A stretch of 64,000 nucleotides of DNA from an uncultured Candidatus Saccharibacteria bacterium (GTDB taxonomy: Bacteria > Patescibacteriota > Minisyncoccia > Phycocordibacterales > CAIZLB01). A model generated the notes under the pieces. That model did no database searches and was not told the DNA's origin. It was given only the letters and a program-made list of their open reading frames with translations. The position numbers and the translations under genes were made by a program. The stretch covers positions 8,577 through 72,576 of the forward strand of contig CAYJDM010000004.1 of assembly GCA_964368945.1 (NCBI GenBank). The letters run 5' to 3'. The stretch's first letter is position 1, and each line of letters begins with the position of its first letter. Below are positions 48,851-59,862 of the stretch, one piece after another.

Positions 48851-49438
48851 CTACTGAGGCACCACGTCATAGCATGATTCCGCTGTAGCAGCGCCTGAAG
48901 GCTGAGGAACTCCTGAAACTCCGCTGCACTGAAGCAGAGCGGTTGAGCTATATGACAAGCCTGCGAAGTCTGCCAGGCTTCCGGCGCAGATATTCAAAGT
49001 CGCAGGAGCATCGGAACCATTTCGAAGGGATTGGTTGTTTTTGTCTTCCAAAGTGGACCCTAGATGATAGCTGGTACACGTTGATCCTCCCGCACTTGTG
49101 GCCAGACCTGCATATGCATAAGGCGCAGCAGTCTTGGGATCAACCGGAACGTTTTTCATGAAAGTCGTGCCATTGAGCGTCGTGCCGCAGCCCGCCGCTA
49201 CATATAAACATTGAGGATATTGGCCATTCACCAATCGATACTGCTCGAGCGCATAGCGTATCTGTCTGATTTGTGAGACGCGATTGCCGTCCCTGCCTTT
49301 GATCCTGGCGCTATTCGTCATGGTAACGATTACCGTCGACAATACCGCGATGATCGCGACCGTCACAAGCAATTCCAATACCGTAAAGCCGCGATCGCGA
49401 TGGTGTTTATTTTTCATATGAATATACCAATAATACAC
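48851..49438 (-). CDS. type IV pilin / pseudopilin (prepilin-type N-terminal cleavage-methylation domain)
   Basis: KHHRDRGFTVLELLVTVAIIAVLSTVIV: class III signal with G-F-T-x-x-E and a hydrophobic helix. Cys-containing C-terminal region. Confidence 0.6.
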   Translation of the reverse strand: MYYWYIHMKNKHHRDRGFTVLELLVTVAIIAVLSTVIVTMTNSARIKGRDGNRVSQIRQIRYALEQYRLVNGQYPQCLYVAAGCGTTLNGTTFMKNVPVDPKTAAPYAYAGLATSAGGSTCTSYHLGSTLEDKNNQSLRNGSDAPATLNICAGSLADFAGLSYSSTALLQCSGVSGVPQPSGAATAESCYDVVPQ

Positions 49439-49456
49439 TATCTCCTCATGGATTAC

Positions 49457-51112
49457 TTAATCTTTCCCCAATTCATCAGCGATCTTTCCATGAATGCCAT
49501 CGAATGCTCCATTGCTCATGACGACGATCACATCGCCCGGCAGAATATGCGGCGCCATTGCAGCGACGAGTTCATCCGTAGTCTCAGTCAGGATTATTTC
49601 CTTGCCCAAAGCCTGCACATCGCGCTCGATCACATGCGGATCCAGCAAGTCTTGGCCGGCATCTACTTCAGCGCGGTATGGCGGAGTCTTGATTCCGATG
49701 AGATCAGCCGTCGCGAGCGCTGCTGGATATGTATGCTCAAACATCTTTCGGCGGCTGGTATTGGATCGAGGCTCGAACAATGCAACGATGCGCCGATTCG
49801 GAAATCGATTGCGAATGCCCTTGAGCGTTTCGAGGACAGCGGTCGGATGATGCGCGAAGTCATCTATGATAGTGACTTTCGCATTGGCATCTTGGCTCGC
49901 GCCAGCGTCTGCATTAGAATTCTTTATCAAAATTTCACCCACAACTTCCTGTCTTCGCCTCATGCCCGGAAAGCTTGCCACCGCATCGCGCACTGCCTGA
50001 GACTGGATATCGAATCCGGCCTGATGCAGAATCCCGAGAACTGCCACGGTATTGAGCGCATTGTATTCGCCATACATGGGTGTGGTGAATATGCCGAATG
50101 ATTTGGTTTCGCTGGTTTTTTTATCTCTTATAAAAAGCTCGAACTCCTGGCCTCGATCGCTGACTGCGCCGAGCACCGGACGCAAATCCGGCACGATGCC
50201 GTCTTTTTCTTCCATTCCATATACGAGCACTTCGGCTTGATGCGGCACGCTCGCAATCAATTCATTTAAGAGCGGATATTGATCCGAAACGACAAGCCCT
50301 TTCTTCGTGACTTCGATGAGATGCGCGAATGCCGTCTTATACTCCTGGATGTTTTCATAAATATCGACATGATCCCATTCGACAGACGTGATGATCGCGA
50401 ATGACGGTCGATAATGGAGGAACTTCGGGCGAGCATCGAAATACGCAGTATCGTATTCATCGCCTTCGAGCGCGACATACTTCCCCGTTCCGACATGATG
50501 GCTGGTTCCCTCTTTGGCGCTAATATCGCCCGCCGCTGTCTTTCTCTTCTGCATTACGCCTCCGATGAGATATGTCGGATCGCAATCAGGAATTCCCGAA
50601 GCCGCCAATTCAGTCAGCATATGAGAAAGCAGGCCGGTCGTCGTGGTCTTGCCATGCGTTCCTGCGACTACGATGGAAGTTTTTTCTCCATGCTCATCTG
50701 TGCCATCCACATAAAAAGCGCCGATCAATTCGGGCAGAGACATGAGCGGCAAGCCCCGTCGCTGCGCCTCGATGACTTCGATATGCGTCGGACCGCATGC
50801 ATTGCCCACGACGACGAGATCCACATCATCAGCGATATTGCTGGCATTCCAGCCTTCATAAATTTCTACGCCATTGGCCTTGAGATGGGGACCCATCGGA
50901 GGCCAGAATCCGATATCCGATCCGCTAACCTTGAATCCTGAATCGAGGAGCATCAATGCCAAAGTCCCCATCGCCGTGCCGCAGATGGCGATAATATGAA
51001 TATGCTTGCAAGCGCGTAGGTCTACCTCGCCGACTTTCCTGTCTGGAAAGCGAAGCTCGGGATTGGCCTTCTTGCGCAGCTTGGCATCATAATATTCTTT
51101 GAAGAGTTCCAT
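49457..51112 (-). CDS. Mur ligase family protein (MurC/Mpl-like UDP-N-acetylmuramate-peptide ligase)
   Basis: KHIHIIAICGTAMGTLALMLLDSGFKVSGSD N-terminal Rossmann domain, GTHGKTTTTGL P-loop, and the Mur ligase C-terminal domain. The start was set at the internal Met (MELFKEYY). Confidence 0.7.
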   Translation of the reverse strand: MELFKEYYDAKLRKKANPELRFPDRKVGEVDLRACKHIHIIAICGTAMGTLALMLLDSGFKVSGSDIGFWPPMGPHLKANGVEIYEGWNASNIADDVDLVVVGNACGPTHIEVIEAQRRGLPLMSLPELIGAFYVDGTDEHGEKTSIVVAGTHGKTTTTGLLSHMLTELAASGIPDCDPTYLIGGVMQKRKTAAGDISAKEGTSHHVGTGKYVALEGDEYDTAYFDARPKFLHYRPSFAIITSVEWDHVDIYENIQEYKTAFAHLIEVTKKGLVVSDQYPLLNELIASVPHQAEVLVYGMEEKDGIVPDLRPVLGAVSDRGQEFELFIRDKKTSETKSFGIFTTPMYGEYNALNTVAVLGILHQAGFDIQSQAVRDAVASFPGMRRRQEVVGEILIKNSNADAGASQDANAKVTIIDDFAHHPTAVLETLKGIRNRFPNRRIVALFEPRSNTSRRKMFEHTYPAALATADLIGIKTPPYRAEVDAGQDLLDPHVIERDVQALGKEIILTETTDELVAAMAPHILPGDVIVVMSNGAFDGIHGKIADELGKD

Positions 51113-51570
51113 AGAATATACATAGTATATCCGACCATACCTCAAATCAAGCAATCCGTTACGGTCGATCATAAATAAAAAAGACTCCCTCCGCCGGCAC
51201 TTGCCGGGGAGGGGTCGCGAGATGACAGAAGCGGTGTCAGGCCGCTTACATGAATGCGGCGAGAACGCCATAGCGCTGTGCATGTGTCGCATCGGGGCCG
51301 ATGATGGGCCGATTGGCAAACCATTCATCGTGCTTGTCCGTTATCGCCGGACGGGTATCAGCGCCAGGACATTCGCCGCCCCAATCAATGTCGAGGAGCA
51401 GCGCCAGTTGCGAAGAATACTCCGCATGCGACAAGACAAGAGGAGGCGCGGACGATGCGCGGTGTGTTTTGAGCATTGGTAACAGACGGTTCTTGTACGT
51501 CTGCATTTAAGGGTACCACTCAGATGCAACGCGTCAACCCTTTTCCGCATATTTCCGCACTTTTTCAACC

Positions 51571-52257
51571 CTACTTCCTCCTCTCTTCATGAATCACCCC
51601 ATCCTTCATCACGAGGACGCGATCTGCCGCAGACGTATATTCCTCTTCATGCGTAACCATGATTATGGTCTGGCCCTTTTTATGCAAATCCGAAAAGATA
51701 TCGAGGATCATGCCAGAGCTCTCCGTATCGAGATTGGCAGTAGGCTCATCGGCAAAAATGATTCGAGGGTTGTGAGCGATGGCTCGCGCGATAGAAACTC
51801 GTTGCTGCTGTCCTCCTGACAATTTCGCAGGCAGATTATGCAATCGGTCGCCGAGGCCGACTTTGGTCAAAGCCTCGTCAGCCATTCTGTATGCAAGCTC
51901 TTTGGACTTATTCTGCATGAGCAGAGGCACTGCAACATTTTCTCGCGCAGTGAGATCCGGCAGCAAGGCATAGTCCTGGAAAACATATCCGAGCTGATCG
52001 AGGCGGAACTGAGTCTTTTGATCGATCTTCAATGCATGCGTATTCGTGCCATCGATGATGACCTCGCCAGAAGTCGGCTCATCGAGAAGACCGAGCTGAT
52101 AGAGCATCGTAGACTTGCCTGCTCCTGACCGTCCGATGATGCAAACGAATTCCCCTTCGTTTATCACAGCGTCGATGCCGCGCAATACCTGCGTAATTCT
52201 ATCGCCGTCGGTGAACGTTTTTGTCAGGCCTTTCGTCTCTATGATTGGTTTTGGCAT
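51571..52257 (-). CDS. ABC transporter ATP-binding protein (MacB/LolD-like)
   Basis: GRSGAGKST, LSGGQQQRV, IIFADEPT. Confidence 0.85.
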   Translation of the reverse strand: MPKPIIETKGLTKTFTDGDRITQVLRGIDAVINEGEFVCIIGRSGAGKSTMLYQLGLLDEPTSGEVIIDGTNTHALKIDQKTQFRLDQLGYVFQDYALLPDLTARENVAVPLLMQNKSKELAYRMADEALTKVGLGDRLHNLPAKLSGGQQQRVSIARAIAHNPRIIFADEPTANLDTESSGMILDIFSDLHKKGQTIIMVTHEEEYTSAADRVLVMKDGVIHEERRK

Positions 52258-52297
52258 ATATTGGAGGTTATGTGGAGGTTTTATTTTTTATAAAAAA

Positions 52298-53563
52298 TTA
52301 TCTGCCCAAGATAGAATCCAATGTATTCCTCTTAACAATCATTCTCGCAGGAATATATCCCGCAAGCATCGAGACGACGAGCAGGATGGCCGCCCTAATG
52401 AAGGACCCCGCCATTGGCGCATAAATCGTACCATCGCTGAATGGGAAATTGATCGGATGGGCATTGAAGAATGGCACGAGCATTCCATAGAGCAAAGCCA
52501 TGCCGATTGCAGATCCGACGACAGCATAGAAAATCGACTGCATTACATATGACATCTCGATCGCTCGCGAATGCACTCCGATGCCCTTGAGGATGCCGAT
52601 GAACTTTCGTCGAGTGATGGCATTCACGAAGATTACGATGAATACCGTGATGCCGGCTACGACCACGCCGATGAAGCCGATCATATTTCCGAGCATGCCG
52701 AACATCGCCGTCATATCCTTGAGGAATTTAGGCAAGGCCTCTTCGAATGTCTGGATATTGGCATTGGCATCGAAGCCATTGCGAATGAGGATATCCTTTA
52801 CCTCGAGCACTTCGGCATACGATGAGCCGGGCTTCAATTTGATGGCGATTTCATCGAGGTTATAGTCAGAGCGGCCGATGAGCTTTCGCAATTCGCTCTG
52901 ATTCATGATGATGCGGGCATCGACCTGATCGATCTTGGACTTCATGATTCCTCGCACGATGAATTCCTTTGAATTGTTACCCACGCTCACTTTCATCTTC
53001 TGCCCTATCTTCACATTTCGAAGCTGCTCGAATCCAGGAGAATCCACAGGCGTCAGCTCTCGGATCAGATAGGCTCCGATCAGGATGCCGTCTCGATCAT
53101 TGTCATCGAGATAATTTCCTTCGAGCACATATTTGGACAAGCCCGTCTGAGCATCCTCATTGAGCGGCTCGATTCCTCCGATGCCGGCATTCGTAGCATT
53201 CGGAGTCTCATCATCGCGCAAGATTCGTCGATAGTCGGCATTTATTTTTCCTCCTGCCACGACGCGGCCAATCACCCCCTCTACCTGAGGCAGATTCTTG
53301 ATGACGCTCATGATCTCATTCGATCTCTCGATATACGGATTCTGCCTCAGATTAGTGACAACGAGATCCCCTGAATACCTATCCTTGGCTGCCTCGACGG
53401 AGCTCTGAATGAGGCCCACGAGCACGCCGCTCACGACGGTGAGGTTGAGGAAGATCAATGTCATGATCAAAATCATCATGCTCGTAGTCCAAATGCTCGC
53501 GCGCCGGATCTGCCGCACTGCGAGAAAGAATGCCACGCGTCGATGATTGAGAAAGTTTTTCAT
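52298..53563 (-). CDS. ABC transporter permease (FtsX/MacB-type)
   Basis: N-terminal TM, a large periplasmic domain, and the C-terminal 3-TM FtsX-like module. Confidence 0.75.
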   Translation of the reverse strand: MKNFLNHRRVAFFLAVRQIRRASIWTTSMMILIMTLIFLNLTVVSGVLVGLIQSSVEAAKDRYSGDLVVTNLRQNPYIERSNEIMSVIKNLPQVEGVIGRVVAGGKINADYRRILRDDETPNATNAGIGGIEPLNEDAQTGLSKYVLEGNYLDDNDRDGILIGAYLIRELTPVDSPGFEQLRNVKIGQKMKVSVGNNSKEFIVRGIMKSKIDQVDARIIMNQSELRKLIGRSDYNLDEIAIKLKPGSSYAEVLEVKDILIRNGFDANANIQTFEEALPKFLKDMTAMFGMLGNMIGFIGVVVAGITVFIVIFVNAITRRKFIGILKGIGVHSRAIEMSYVMQSIFYAVVGSAIGMALLYGMLVPFFNAHPINFPFSDGTIYAPMAGSFIRAAILLVVSMLAGYIPARMIVKRNTLDSILGR

Positions 53564-53613
53564 GAATTGATTTGTCTGGTTTTTTCCTAATTAGCCTGCA
53601 TTATATGCCGAGT

Positions 53614-55257
53614 CTATTCTGTCGCGGCATCCTCCTTTGCCACAGTCTTTATTACTATGACATCTCCGGCATTCAAGCCGGTGAGAACTTCGAGATCTCC
53701 TTCCCTGTCGATAGTTCCGGTAATGACTGGAACGAGCGTCGCCTTGGCATCGACATCCTTTGTCCATGCAGCAGTGCCAGCAGGAACCACTTTTACCATC
53801 TTCTTTCCTTTCGAGATGACGATTGCCGACTGCGGAACCTTGATGACGCCAGTTCGCTTATCCGTCTCCACGACCACATTCGTAGTGAGGCCAGATTTGA
53901 TTCGCTCATCGCGAGTCTGGAACTGCAATCGAGTGAGATATGTCACGACGCCATCCTTGATCGTTTCGGAAAGGTCTACCTGGCTGACCGCAGCATCGAA
54001 TACGATGGCATCGCCCAATGCATCGAGGGTGACCTTGGCAATCTGTCCGATCTTGAGCTTTGGCACATCATTCTCAGAAACAAATGTCTCGATCTCGAAT
54101 GATGCATCGCTCATGAGCGTGATCACGGCTTCTGCAGCTCCGACCGATTCGCCGGTCTTATACTGAACGCGAGTGACGATGCCATCGAATGGCGCGGTGA
54201 TGACGGTCTTGCTCAGTGATGCCGATGCGCTCGATATGCTTGCCGCTGCTCCTTGGGCATTTGCGAGCGCCACTTTGATTTCCTCAGGAGTGCTTCCTGA
54301 CTGCTGCAATGTGAGAGATTGGTTGGCGCGAGCGAGAGCGGATTCCGCATTCTTGAGCGCGGTGGCAGACGTATTGAATGACTGCACTGCCGCATTCACA
54401 TTCGTTCGAGCGGTATTCACGTCCGCTTTCTTTGCCTGGAACGAGGCATCAGAAGCGAGGCTTGAATTTACGGAAGTGACCGCGGTATTCAAATCCCCTA
54501 GGAAGCCCTGAATCACCGCTGCATATCCTTTGGCCTGAGCGATCTGAGCATCGTTCAATGTCGCCACATTCAATTTGGAATTGAGAGCGAGCCAAGCATT
54601 CAATGTCTCGGTAACAACGACGCGCTGCTCCTGAAGCCTCATTCGCAATGTCGAATTTCCTTCGACGAAGAATGTCAGTTCGGGATTATTGCTTCGCGGA
54701 TTCGTGAAGACTGAATCCGACTTATTCTTTATCGCATCGTCAGCCTTTGCGAATGCATCCTTGCTCTCCTCGATTATGCCGACCCGTCCCTGCGTAACGT
54801 TCTGCGCCGCCGTATCGACATCCGCCTTTGCTATAGCGATCGATTCCGGTCGATTTCCCTTTTGAATATCTGCAAGCCTTGCCTGCTCGCTCTGATATGC
54901 AGCCTGGCTCTTTTGCAGGTTCGCATAATAGTCAGCATTGCTGATATTCGCCAAAGACTGGCCCTTCTTCACCTTCTGTCCAACGACGACATTCACCTTC
55001 GCCAAACGCCCGCCTGTCTCGAATCCGAGATCCACTTTCTGAGCTGGCACGACTTTGCCCGTAACCGATACCTCCTGTACGAAATCAGTCGGCTGAACTG
55101 CGAGCACCTCATATGCCGCCGCAGACGTATCCGGCTTGAATACGCCGATCAATATGATGATGACGATTATCGTGGGTATCCATACTTTCGGCTTTGTCTT
55201 ATTGCGCCATAGATATGGGAAAAAATTCTTTAGCTTTGTCATAAATGAAGTTTGCAT
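53614..55257 (-). CDS. HlyD/MacA-family periplasmic adaptor subunit
   Basis: N-terminal TM anchor, a long coiled-coil hairpin (Q/A/L-rich) between biotinyl/lipoyl-like half-barrels, and a C-terminal beta-barrel. Confidence 0.65.
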   Translation of the reverse strand: MQTSFMTKLKNFFPYLWRNKTKPKVWIPTIIVIIILIGVFKPDTSAAAYEVLAVQPTDFVQEVSVTGKVVPAQKVDLGFETGGRLAKVNVVVGQKVKKGQSLANISNADYYANLQKSQAAYQSEQARLADIQKGNRPESIAIAKADVDTAAQNVTQGRVGIIEESKDAFAKADDAIKNKSDSVFTNPRSNNPELTFFVEGNSTLRMRLQEQRVVVTETLNAWLALNSKLNVATLNDAQIAQAKGYAAVIQGFLGDLNTAVTSVNSSLASDASFQAKKADVNTARTNVNAAVQSFNTSATALKNAESALARANQSLTLQQSGSTPEEIKVALANAQGAAASISSASASLSKTVITAPFDGIVTRVQYKTGESVGAAEAVITLMSDASFEIETFVSENDVPKLKIGQIAKVTLDALGDAIVFDAAVSQVDLSETIKDGVVTYLTRLQFQTRDERIKSGLTTNVVVETDKRTGVIKVPQSAIVISKGKKMVKVVPAGTAAWTKDVDAKATLVPVITGTIDREGDLEVLTGLNAGDVIVIKTVAKEDAATE

Positions 55258-55277
55258 GTCGGTTTTATAGTATTCGT

Positions 55278-55775
55278 TTAGTATAGCGTATTTTTTGATA
55301 AAGATTCCAGTACCTTATATAGGTGCGTCGCGAGCTGGCCTTTCATCGTCTTGGATACCGGCCTGAATATTCTGCCCAATTCCCTGTCTACCATGCGCAT
55401 CGTCTTTGAAACGAATACCTTGCCTTTGGCAGTGAGGCCCAGAACCGTTTTCCTCATCTCATCGGGATCGCTTGATCTGGTAATGAGCTTGTCTTTGGCC
55501 AGAATCCCTATCTGCCTGCTGATTGCCGCTTCCGAGACTCCCCATAATTGAGCGATGGATGCCTGGCAGCAATCCTGGTTTTTTTTCGATCGCTGGATCG
55601 AGAGCAGGATCTTGAATTGAGTCAGGCCATAGCTATTGGAATTCGCCTGCCTGATGAATCCGTCTATATGCCTTTCCAGGATCATGGACGCGGTGAGAAG
55701 CGGCTCTATGAAGGCTATCTTTGATTTGCGCGGCACGATACTTGCTATGTTAAGTATTTTGCCAGGGCATGTCAA
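55278..55775 (-). CDS. MarR-family transcriptional regulator
   Basis: Winged-HTH pattern (LTQFKILLSIQR...CQASIAQLWGVSEAAISRQIGILAKDKLITRS). Confidence 0.6.
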   Translation of the reverse strand: MTCPGKILNIASIVPRKSKIAFIEPLLTASMILERHIDGFIRQANSNSYGLTQFKILLSIQRSKKNQDCCQASIAQLWGVSEAAISRQIGILAKDKLITRSSDPDEMRKTVLGLTAKGKVFVSKTMRMVDRELGRIFRPVSKTMKGQLATHLYKVLESLSKNTLY

Positions 55776-55903
55776 CGCTATGGCAGGGTTTTCTTCATGC
55801 TTTTTATGTCCTTATAGATATTTCTCGCATTTCTGCGCCTTTTAGGTTTTTTTGGGCTTTTTTCAGTATTAAAAAACTTCATGAAGAAGCGGTCTGTCAG
55901 CTA

Positions 55904-55933
55904 TTGACAAGAACAAAGAATGAGGCGTAAAAT
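55904..55933 (+). promoter_or_regulatory. sigma70-like promoter TTGACA-18-TAAAAT
   Basis: TTGACA at 55904-55909 and TAAAAT at 55928-55933, upstream of the plus-strand ORF at 56002. Confidence 0.4.
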
Positions 55934-56001
55934 ATCCTCGCCAAACCACAACTCTGCAAAACACAGTCCAACACCCTGTGTGAAATGCCAGAATTGAAAC
56001 C

Positions 56002-56652
56002 GTGGTAGGCAACCAACATAGTACAAAAAGAAATACCGTGATACAGATACAACACAAAAGCCCAACAGCGAAGCAACCGCCAACACTTGCTTCTCTCTCC
56101 CTCGCAATGATCTTGGCGTCAACTCCGGCACACGCACGGCTCACCATGCTGCCTGATGCCGATGACGGACCATGTACGGCGCTCGTAACTCTGACCCAGC
56201 AACAACACGGCTGGCACGAACTCGACAAAGCCAGCATCGTCTTCCCTGATCAGGTCTTCGGCGCCACGACGGACATCCGCGCCCTGATCGTCGATGAAGT
56301 CAGAACGAACCTCAGGCATGCGCGCTCACAATACGCCATCTTCAAGCAGCGCGTTCCTGGCGAGCCAAACCTGGCCTGCTGGAAAGTCCTCAAAAGGACC
56401 GGCTCCGGCATGAGCATGCGGTGGGATGTCATCGACGAAGCGCCCGAAGAATGGCTTGTCGGGGACGGCAAGTACGAGGTCCCCACAGACATCCTGGTGC
56501 TCAAGAAGTTGGAATTGTCCACGGCTGAAGAAACCCCCTCGATCGGCTTTCCCGTGACCACCCCGCTTCTATGGCAGGAAGCCCATGCAGACCTGCCCAA
56601 ACCGACCCCGCGGACTCGCAAACAGCCCCATGGGAGGACGACGATGAGCTGA
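56002..56652 (+). CDS. hypothetical protein
   Basis: 216-aa ORF preceded by a promoter-like site and followed by a hairpin plus T-run (~56690-56745). Competing minus ORFs lack signals. Confidence 0.35.
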   Translation: MVGNQHSTKRNTVIQIQHKSPTAKQPPTLASLSLAMILASTPAHARLTMLPDADDGPCTALVTLTQQQHGWHELDKASIVFPDQVFGATTDIRALIVDEVRTNLRHARSQYAIFKQRVPGEPNLACWKVLKRTGSGMSMRWDVIDEAPEEWLVGDGKYEVPTDILVLKKLELSTAEETPSIGFPVTTPLLWQEAHADLPKPTPRTRKQPHGRTTMS

Positions 56653-56919
56653 CTTCCCCTCGGCCAAAGCAGGCCCAATAATGAAACCCGGCTTCCAGCC
56701 TCGACGTATCTCAAAACGTCGCGGCTGGGGCCTTTTCTTTTCCCGCAGCCAGGAAGGGCATCTCTTTGCCTTTTTCTCAAAAACAATGTATAGTGTGCTT
56801 CATATTTATAGGCCTAACCGCCTTTTATTTTTTACAAAAATTTATCACCAAATTTAATCGGCGTCTGCTCTGGCCTCGGCGAGAAGAAGTGCGCGGAAGA
56901 TTTTATCATCAACATTCAT

Positions 56920-58707
56920 ATGAAAATTAGAAATATCGCCATCATCGCCCATGTAGACCATGGCAAGACAACCATCGTAGACGCAATGATGCGCGCCACA
57001 GGAGCAGTAAAGGAAGGGTCTTCGAGCATGGACTCGAATGCCCTTGAGCAGGAGCGAGGAATCACCATCTATGCCAAGAACGCTTCCCTCATATATAAGG
57101 ATACGAAGATCAATATCATCGATACGCCTGGTCACGCCGACTTCGGCTCTGAAGTGGAGCGAGTTCTTCGATCTATCGATTGCGTAATCCTTATCGTCGA
57201 TGCCCAGGAAGGCCCCATGCCACAGACTCGATTCGTTCTCAAGAAGTCACTCGAGCTCGGCCTCCGACCTATCGTCGTTTTGAATAAGCTCGACAAGCCT
57301 GCCGCTGATCCTCATCGAGTGCATGACGAAGTTCTCGAATTGTTCATGGAGCTCGGAGCCAATGATGAGCAGCTCGACTTCCCTACCGTATATGCGGTCG
57401 GACGAGAAGGAAAAGCGAAATTGAAGCTTGATGAAGAATTCATCAATTTGGATCCGCTTTTCGATATGATCCTCAGCCATATTCCAGCAGCCGATGACGA
57501 TGCCGCATCTCCATTGCAGGCACAGCCTTTCAACCTCGCATATGACAACTACCTCGGACGAATGGCCGTCGTGCGAATCTGGAAAGGAACGGTCAAGACG
57601 AATGCGAATGTTTTTGTAAAAAAGGCAAATGGAGAAATCAAGACAGGCCGAGTGACGAAGATCTATACATTCGAAGGAATGGGCAAGACTGATGCCGCCG
57701 AAGCATATGCAGGCGACGTTGTCATGATCGCAGGTATTCCTGAAATCTATATCGGCGACACCGTTACCGACAATGCTGATACAGCTTTGTTGCCGACTAT
57801 TACCGTAGATGAGCCGACTATCTCCCTCAACTTCTTGGTAAACGACTCACCATTCGCTGGACGAGAAGGAAAGTACGTTACGAGCCGACAGATTCGAGAT
57901 CGACTCGAGAAGGAGCTCGAAGTAAACGTAGGATTGCAGGTCAATTTCGACAATGCCGACTCATTCAAGGTATATGGCCGAGGAGAACTCCATGTAGCCG
58001 TGCTTCTCGAGCAGATGCGACGAGAAGGATTCGAAATGCAGGTATCTCAGCCTGAAGTTATCATGAAGGAAATCGATGGCGTTAAGTCAGAGCCATATGA
58101 GGAATTGATCATCGACACTCCTGATGAATTCACGGGAACTATCATTGAGAAGCTCGGCAAGCGAAAAGCCGTGATGACGAATATGGTTCAGAAAAATGGC
58201 CTCAGCCGACTGACATTCGATATCCCAACTCGAGGATTGCTCGGATACCGAAGCGTATTCGTAGTCGATACGAAGGGCGAAGGAATCCTTTCTAGCCGAT
58301 TCGTTTCATTCAAGCCATATGCAGGACCTATCGAGAAGCGAGCCGCAGGTTCGATGATCTCTATGGAAAACGGCAAGGCATTGCACTTCGCCCTCGGATC
58401 CCTCCAGGACCGAGGAGCCCTCTATATCGTCCCTGGTACGGAAGTATATGCCGGCATGGTTATCGGAAATACTTCGAAGGGAGATGAAATGGAAGTGAAC
58501 CCTACGAAGGGCAAGCAGCTTACGAATATGCGAGCGTCAGGAACTGATGCCACGGTATATCTCGACCCTGCTCTCGAAGTCACTATCGAGCGAGGCCTCG
58601 AAATCATGACCGATGACGAATATCTCGAAATCACCCCAGAAAGCGCCCGACTTCGAAAGAAGTATTTGACGAAGACTGATCGAGACAAGGCGATGAAGAA
58701 GTCTTAG
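56920..58707 (+). CDS. typA: translational GTPase TypA/BipA
   Basis: IRNIAIIAHVDHGKTT, DTPGHADF, NKLD, and the BipA C-terminal domain. Followed by a terminator at 58752-58780. Confidence 0.9.
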   Translation: MKIRNIAIIAHVDHGKTTIVDAMMRATGAVKEGSSSMDSNALEQERGITIYAKNASLIYKDTKINIIDTPGHADFGSEVERVLRSIDCVILIVDAQEGPMPQTRFVLKKSLELGLRPIVVLNKLDKPAADPHRVHDEVLELFMELGANDEQLDFPTVYAVGREGKAKLKLDEEFINLDPLFDMILSHIPAADDDAASPLQAQPFNLAYDNYLGRMAVVRIWKGTVKTNANVFVKKANGEIKTGRVTKIYTFEGMGKTDAAEAYAGDVVMIAGIPEIYIGDTVTDNADTALLPTITVDEPTISLNFLVNDSPFAGREGKYVTSRQIRDRLEKELEVNVGLQVNFDNADSFKVYGRGELHVAVLLEQMRREGFEMQVSQPEVIMKEIDGVKSEPYEELIIDTPDEFTGTIIEKLGKRKAVMTNMVQKNGLSRLTFDIPTRGLLGYRSVFVVDTKGEGILSSRFVSFKPYAGPIEKRAAGSMISMENGKALHFALGSLQDRGALYIVPGTEVYAGMVIGNTSKGDEMEVNPTKGKQLTNMRASGTDATVYLDPALEVTIERGLEIMTDDEYLEITPESARLRKKYLTKTDRDKAMKKS

Positions 58708-58751
58708 TCCTAAGTCGCGATTAAGTTTTGATCAATGTTTAGATGAAAAAA

Positions 58752-58780
58752 TGCCGCCGCAAGGGCGGTGTTTTTTTGTG
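58752..58780 (+). terminator. intrinsic terminator (GCCGCC-GCAA-GGGCGG then TGTTTTTTTG)
   Basis: GC stem followed by a 7-T run just after the typA stop. Confidence 0.6.
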
Positions 58781-58849
58781 GATAAGTTTTCCACATTCGT
58801 GCGATTTTCTTCATAAGTACTTGAACTATCATTGTATATAAATACGCCT

Positions 58850-59515
58850 ATGAAAATCCTCATAATCGAAGACGATGAATATCTGAGACTGACGCTGAAG
58901 CAAGCGCTCGAGGCCGATATGTTTACCGTCGACCATATGCCCGATGGCGTGAATGGCTCGTATATGGCCAGAACCAATGTATACAATCTCATAGTCATCG
59001 ACTATATTCTTCCTGGCAAAAACGGCCTCGAAATCGTCAAAGAGATTCGGGCCGCTGGCCTCCAATGCCCCATCATGATGATATCGGTGCGCGGCGAAGT
59101 CGAGGACAAGGTCAATCTGCTCGAGCACGGCGCCGACGATTATCTCGCCAAGCCTTTTTCATATCCTGAATTCCGCGCGCGAGTGCACGCCCTGACGAAG
59201 CGGAATTATAAGATCTCCGAGGAGATCCTCACAATCGATGACCTTACGATCGATACCCGCCGAATCGAGATCACCAAGAGCGGCGAGCGCGTCTATCTGA
59301 CGCGGAAGGAATTCGGCATTCTGCAGACCCTCTCACGCAAGCGCGGACAGGTCGTATCCAGGCAGGAAATCGTAGAGGAAGTCTGGGATATGAATTCCGA
59401 TCCTTTTTCCAATACCGTTGAGGCTCATATGCGCAATTTGAGGAGAAAGATCGACTCCCCTAACCGCCAGATCATCCAGACCATTCCGGGTCGCGGATAC
59501 AAGATGGTCGAATGA
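58850..59515 (+). CDS. OmpR-family two-component response regulator
   Basis: Receiver domain (MKILIIEDDE...D...K) plus a winged-helix trans_reg_C domain (LTRKEFGILQTL...RNLRRKID). The start was set at MKILII. Confidence 0.85.
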   Translation: MKILIIEDDEYLRLTLKQALEADMFTVDHMPDGVNGSYMARTNVYNLIVIDYILPGKNGLEIVKEIRAAGLQCPIMMISVRGEVEDKVNLLEHGADDYLAKPFSYPEFRARVHALTKRNYKISEEILTIDDLTIDTRRIEITKSGERVYLTRKEFGILQTLSRKRGQVVSRQEIVEEVWDMNSDPFSNTVEAHMRNLRRKIDSPNRQIIQTIPGRGYKMVE

Positions 59516-59862
59516 TTGGCGCGCCGTCGTTGATTGAACGCACTCTCGCTTGCCGCATAGAATCTTTATCAAAACTTAATATCGACTCAGGTATGATGCT
59601 TGCGGGCATGAGAGATAACGGTCACATGCTGACGCTCGGATATGCCCATACTTATCAAAATAACCAATCAAATACATATGATCCAAAGCATCATCGAAGG
59701 CAAAGCTTCGACCAGAGAGGCCAAGGCCATGAATCAGAAGAAGCTGAACAGAGCCTTGCAAGCCCCATGGAAATAGATAATCTATATACGCTGCCGATGA
59801 GGCTGCCTTAGAACGAAATGCAATAACCGGTCGCAAGGCTGGTTATTGCATGCTTAAAGAAA

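Noticed and set aside
49400-50941. Plus-strand ORFs (233 and 175 aa) over the Mur ligase gene
   Set aside because: They are antisense shadows with no motifs.
53572-54166. Plus-strand ORFs over the HlyD-family gene
   Set aside because: They are antisense shadows.
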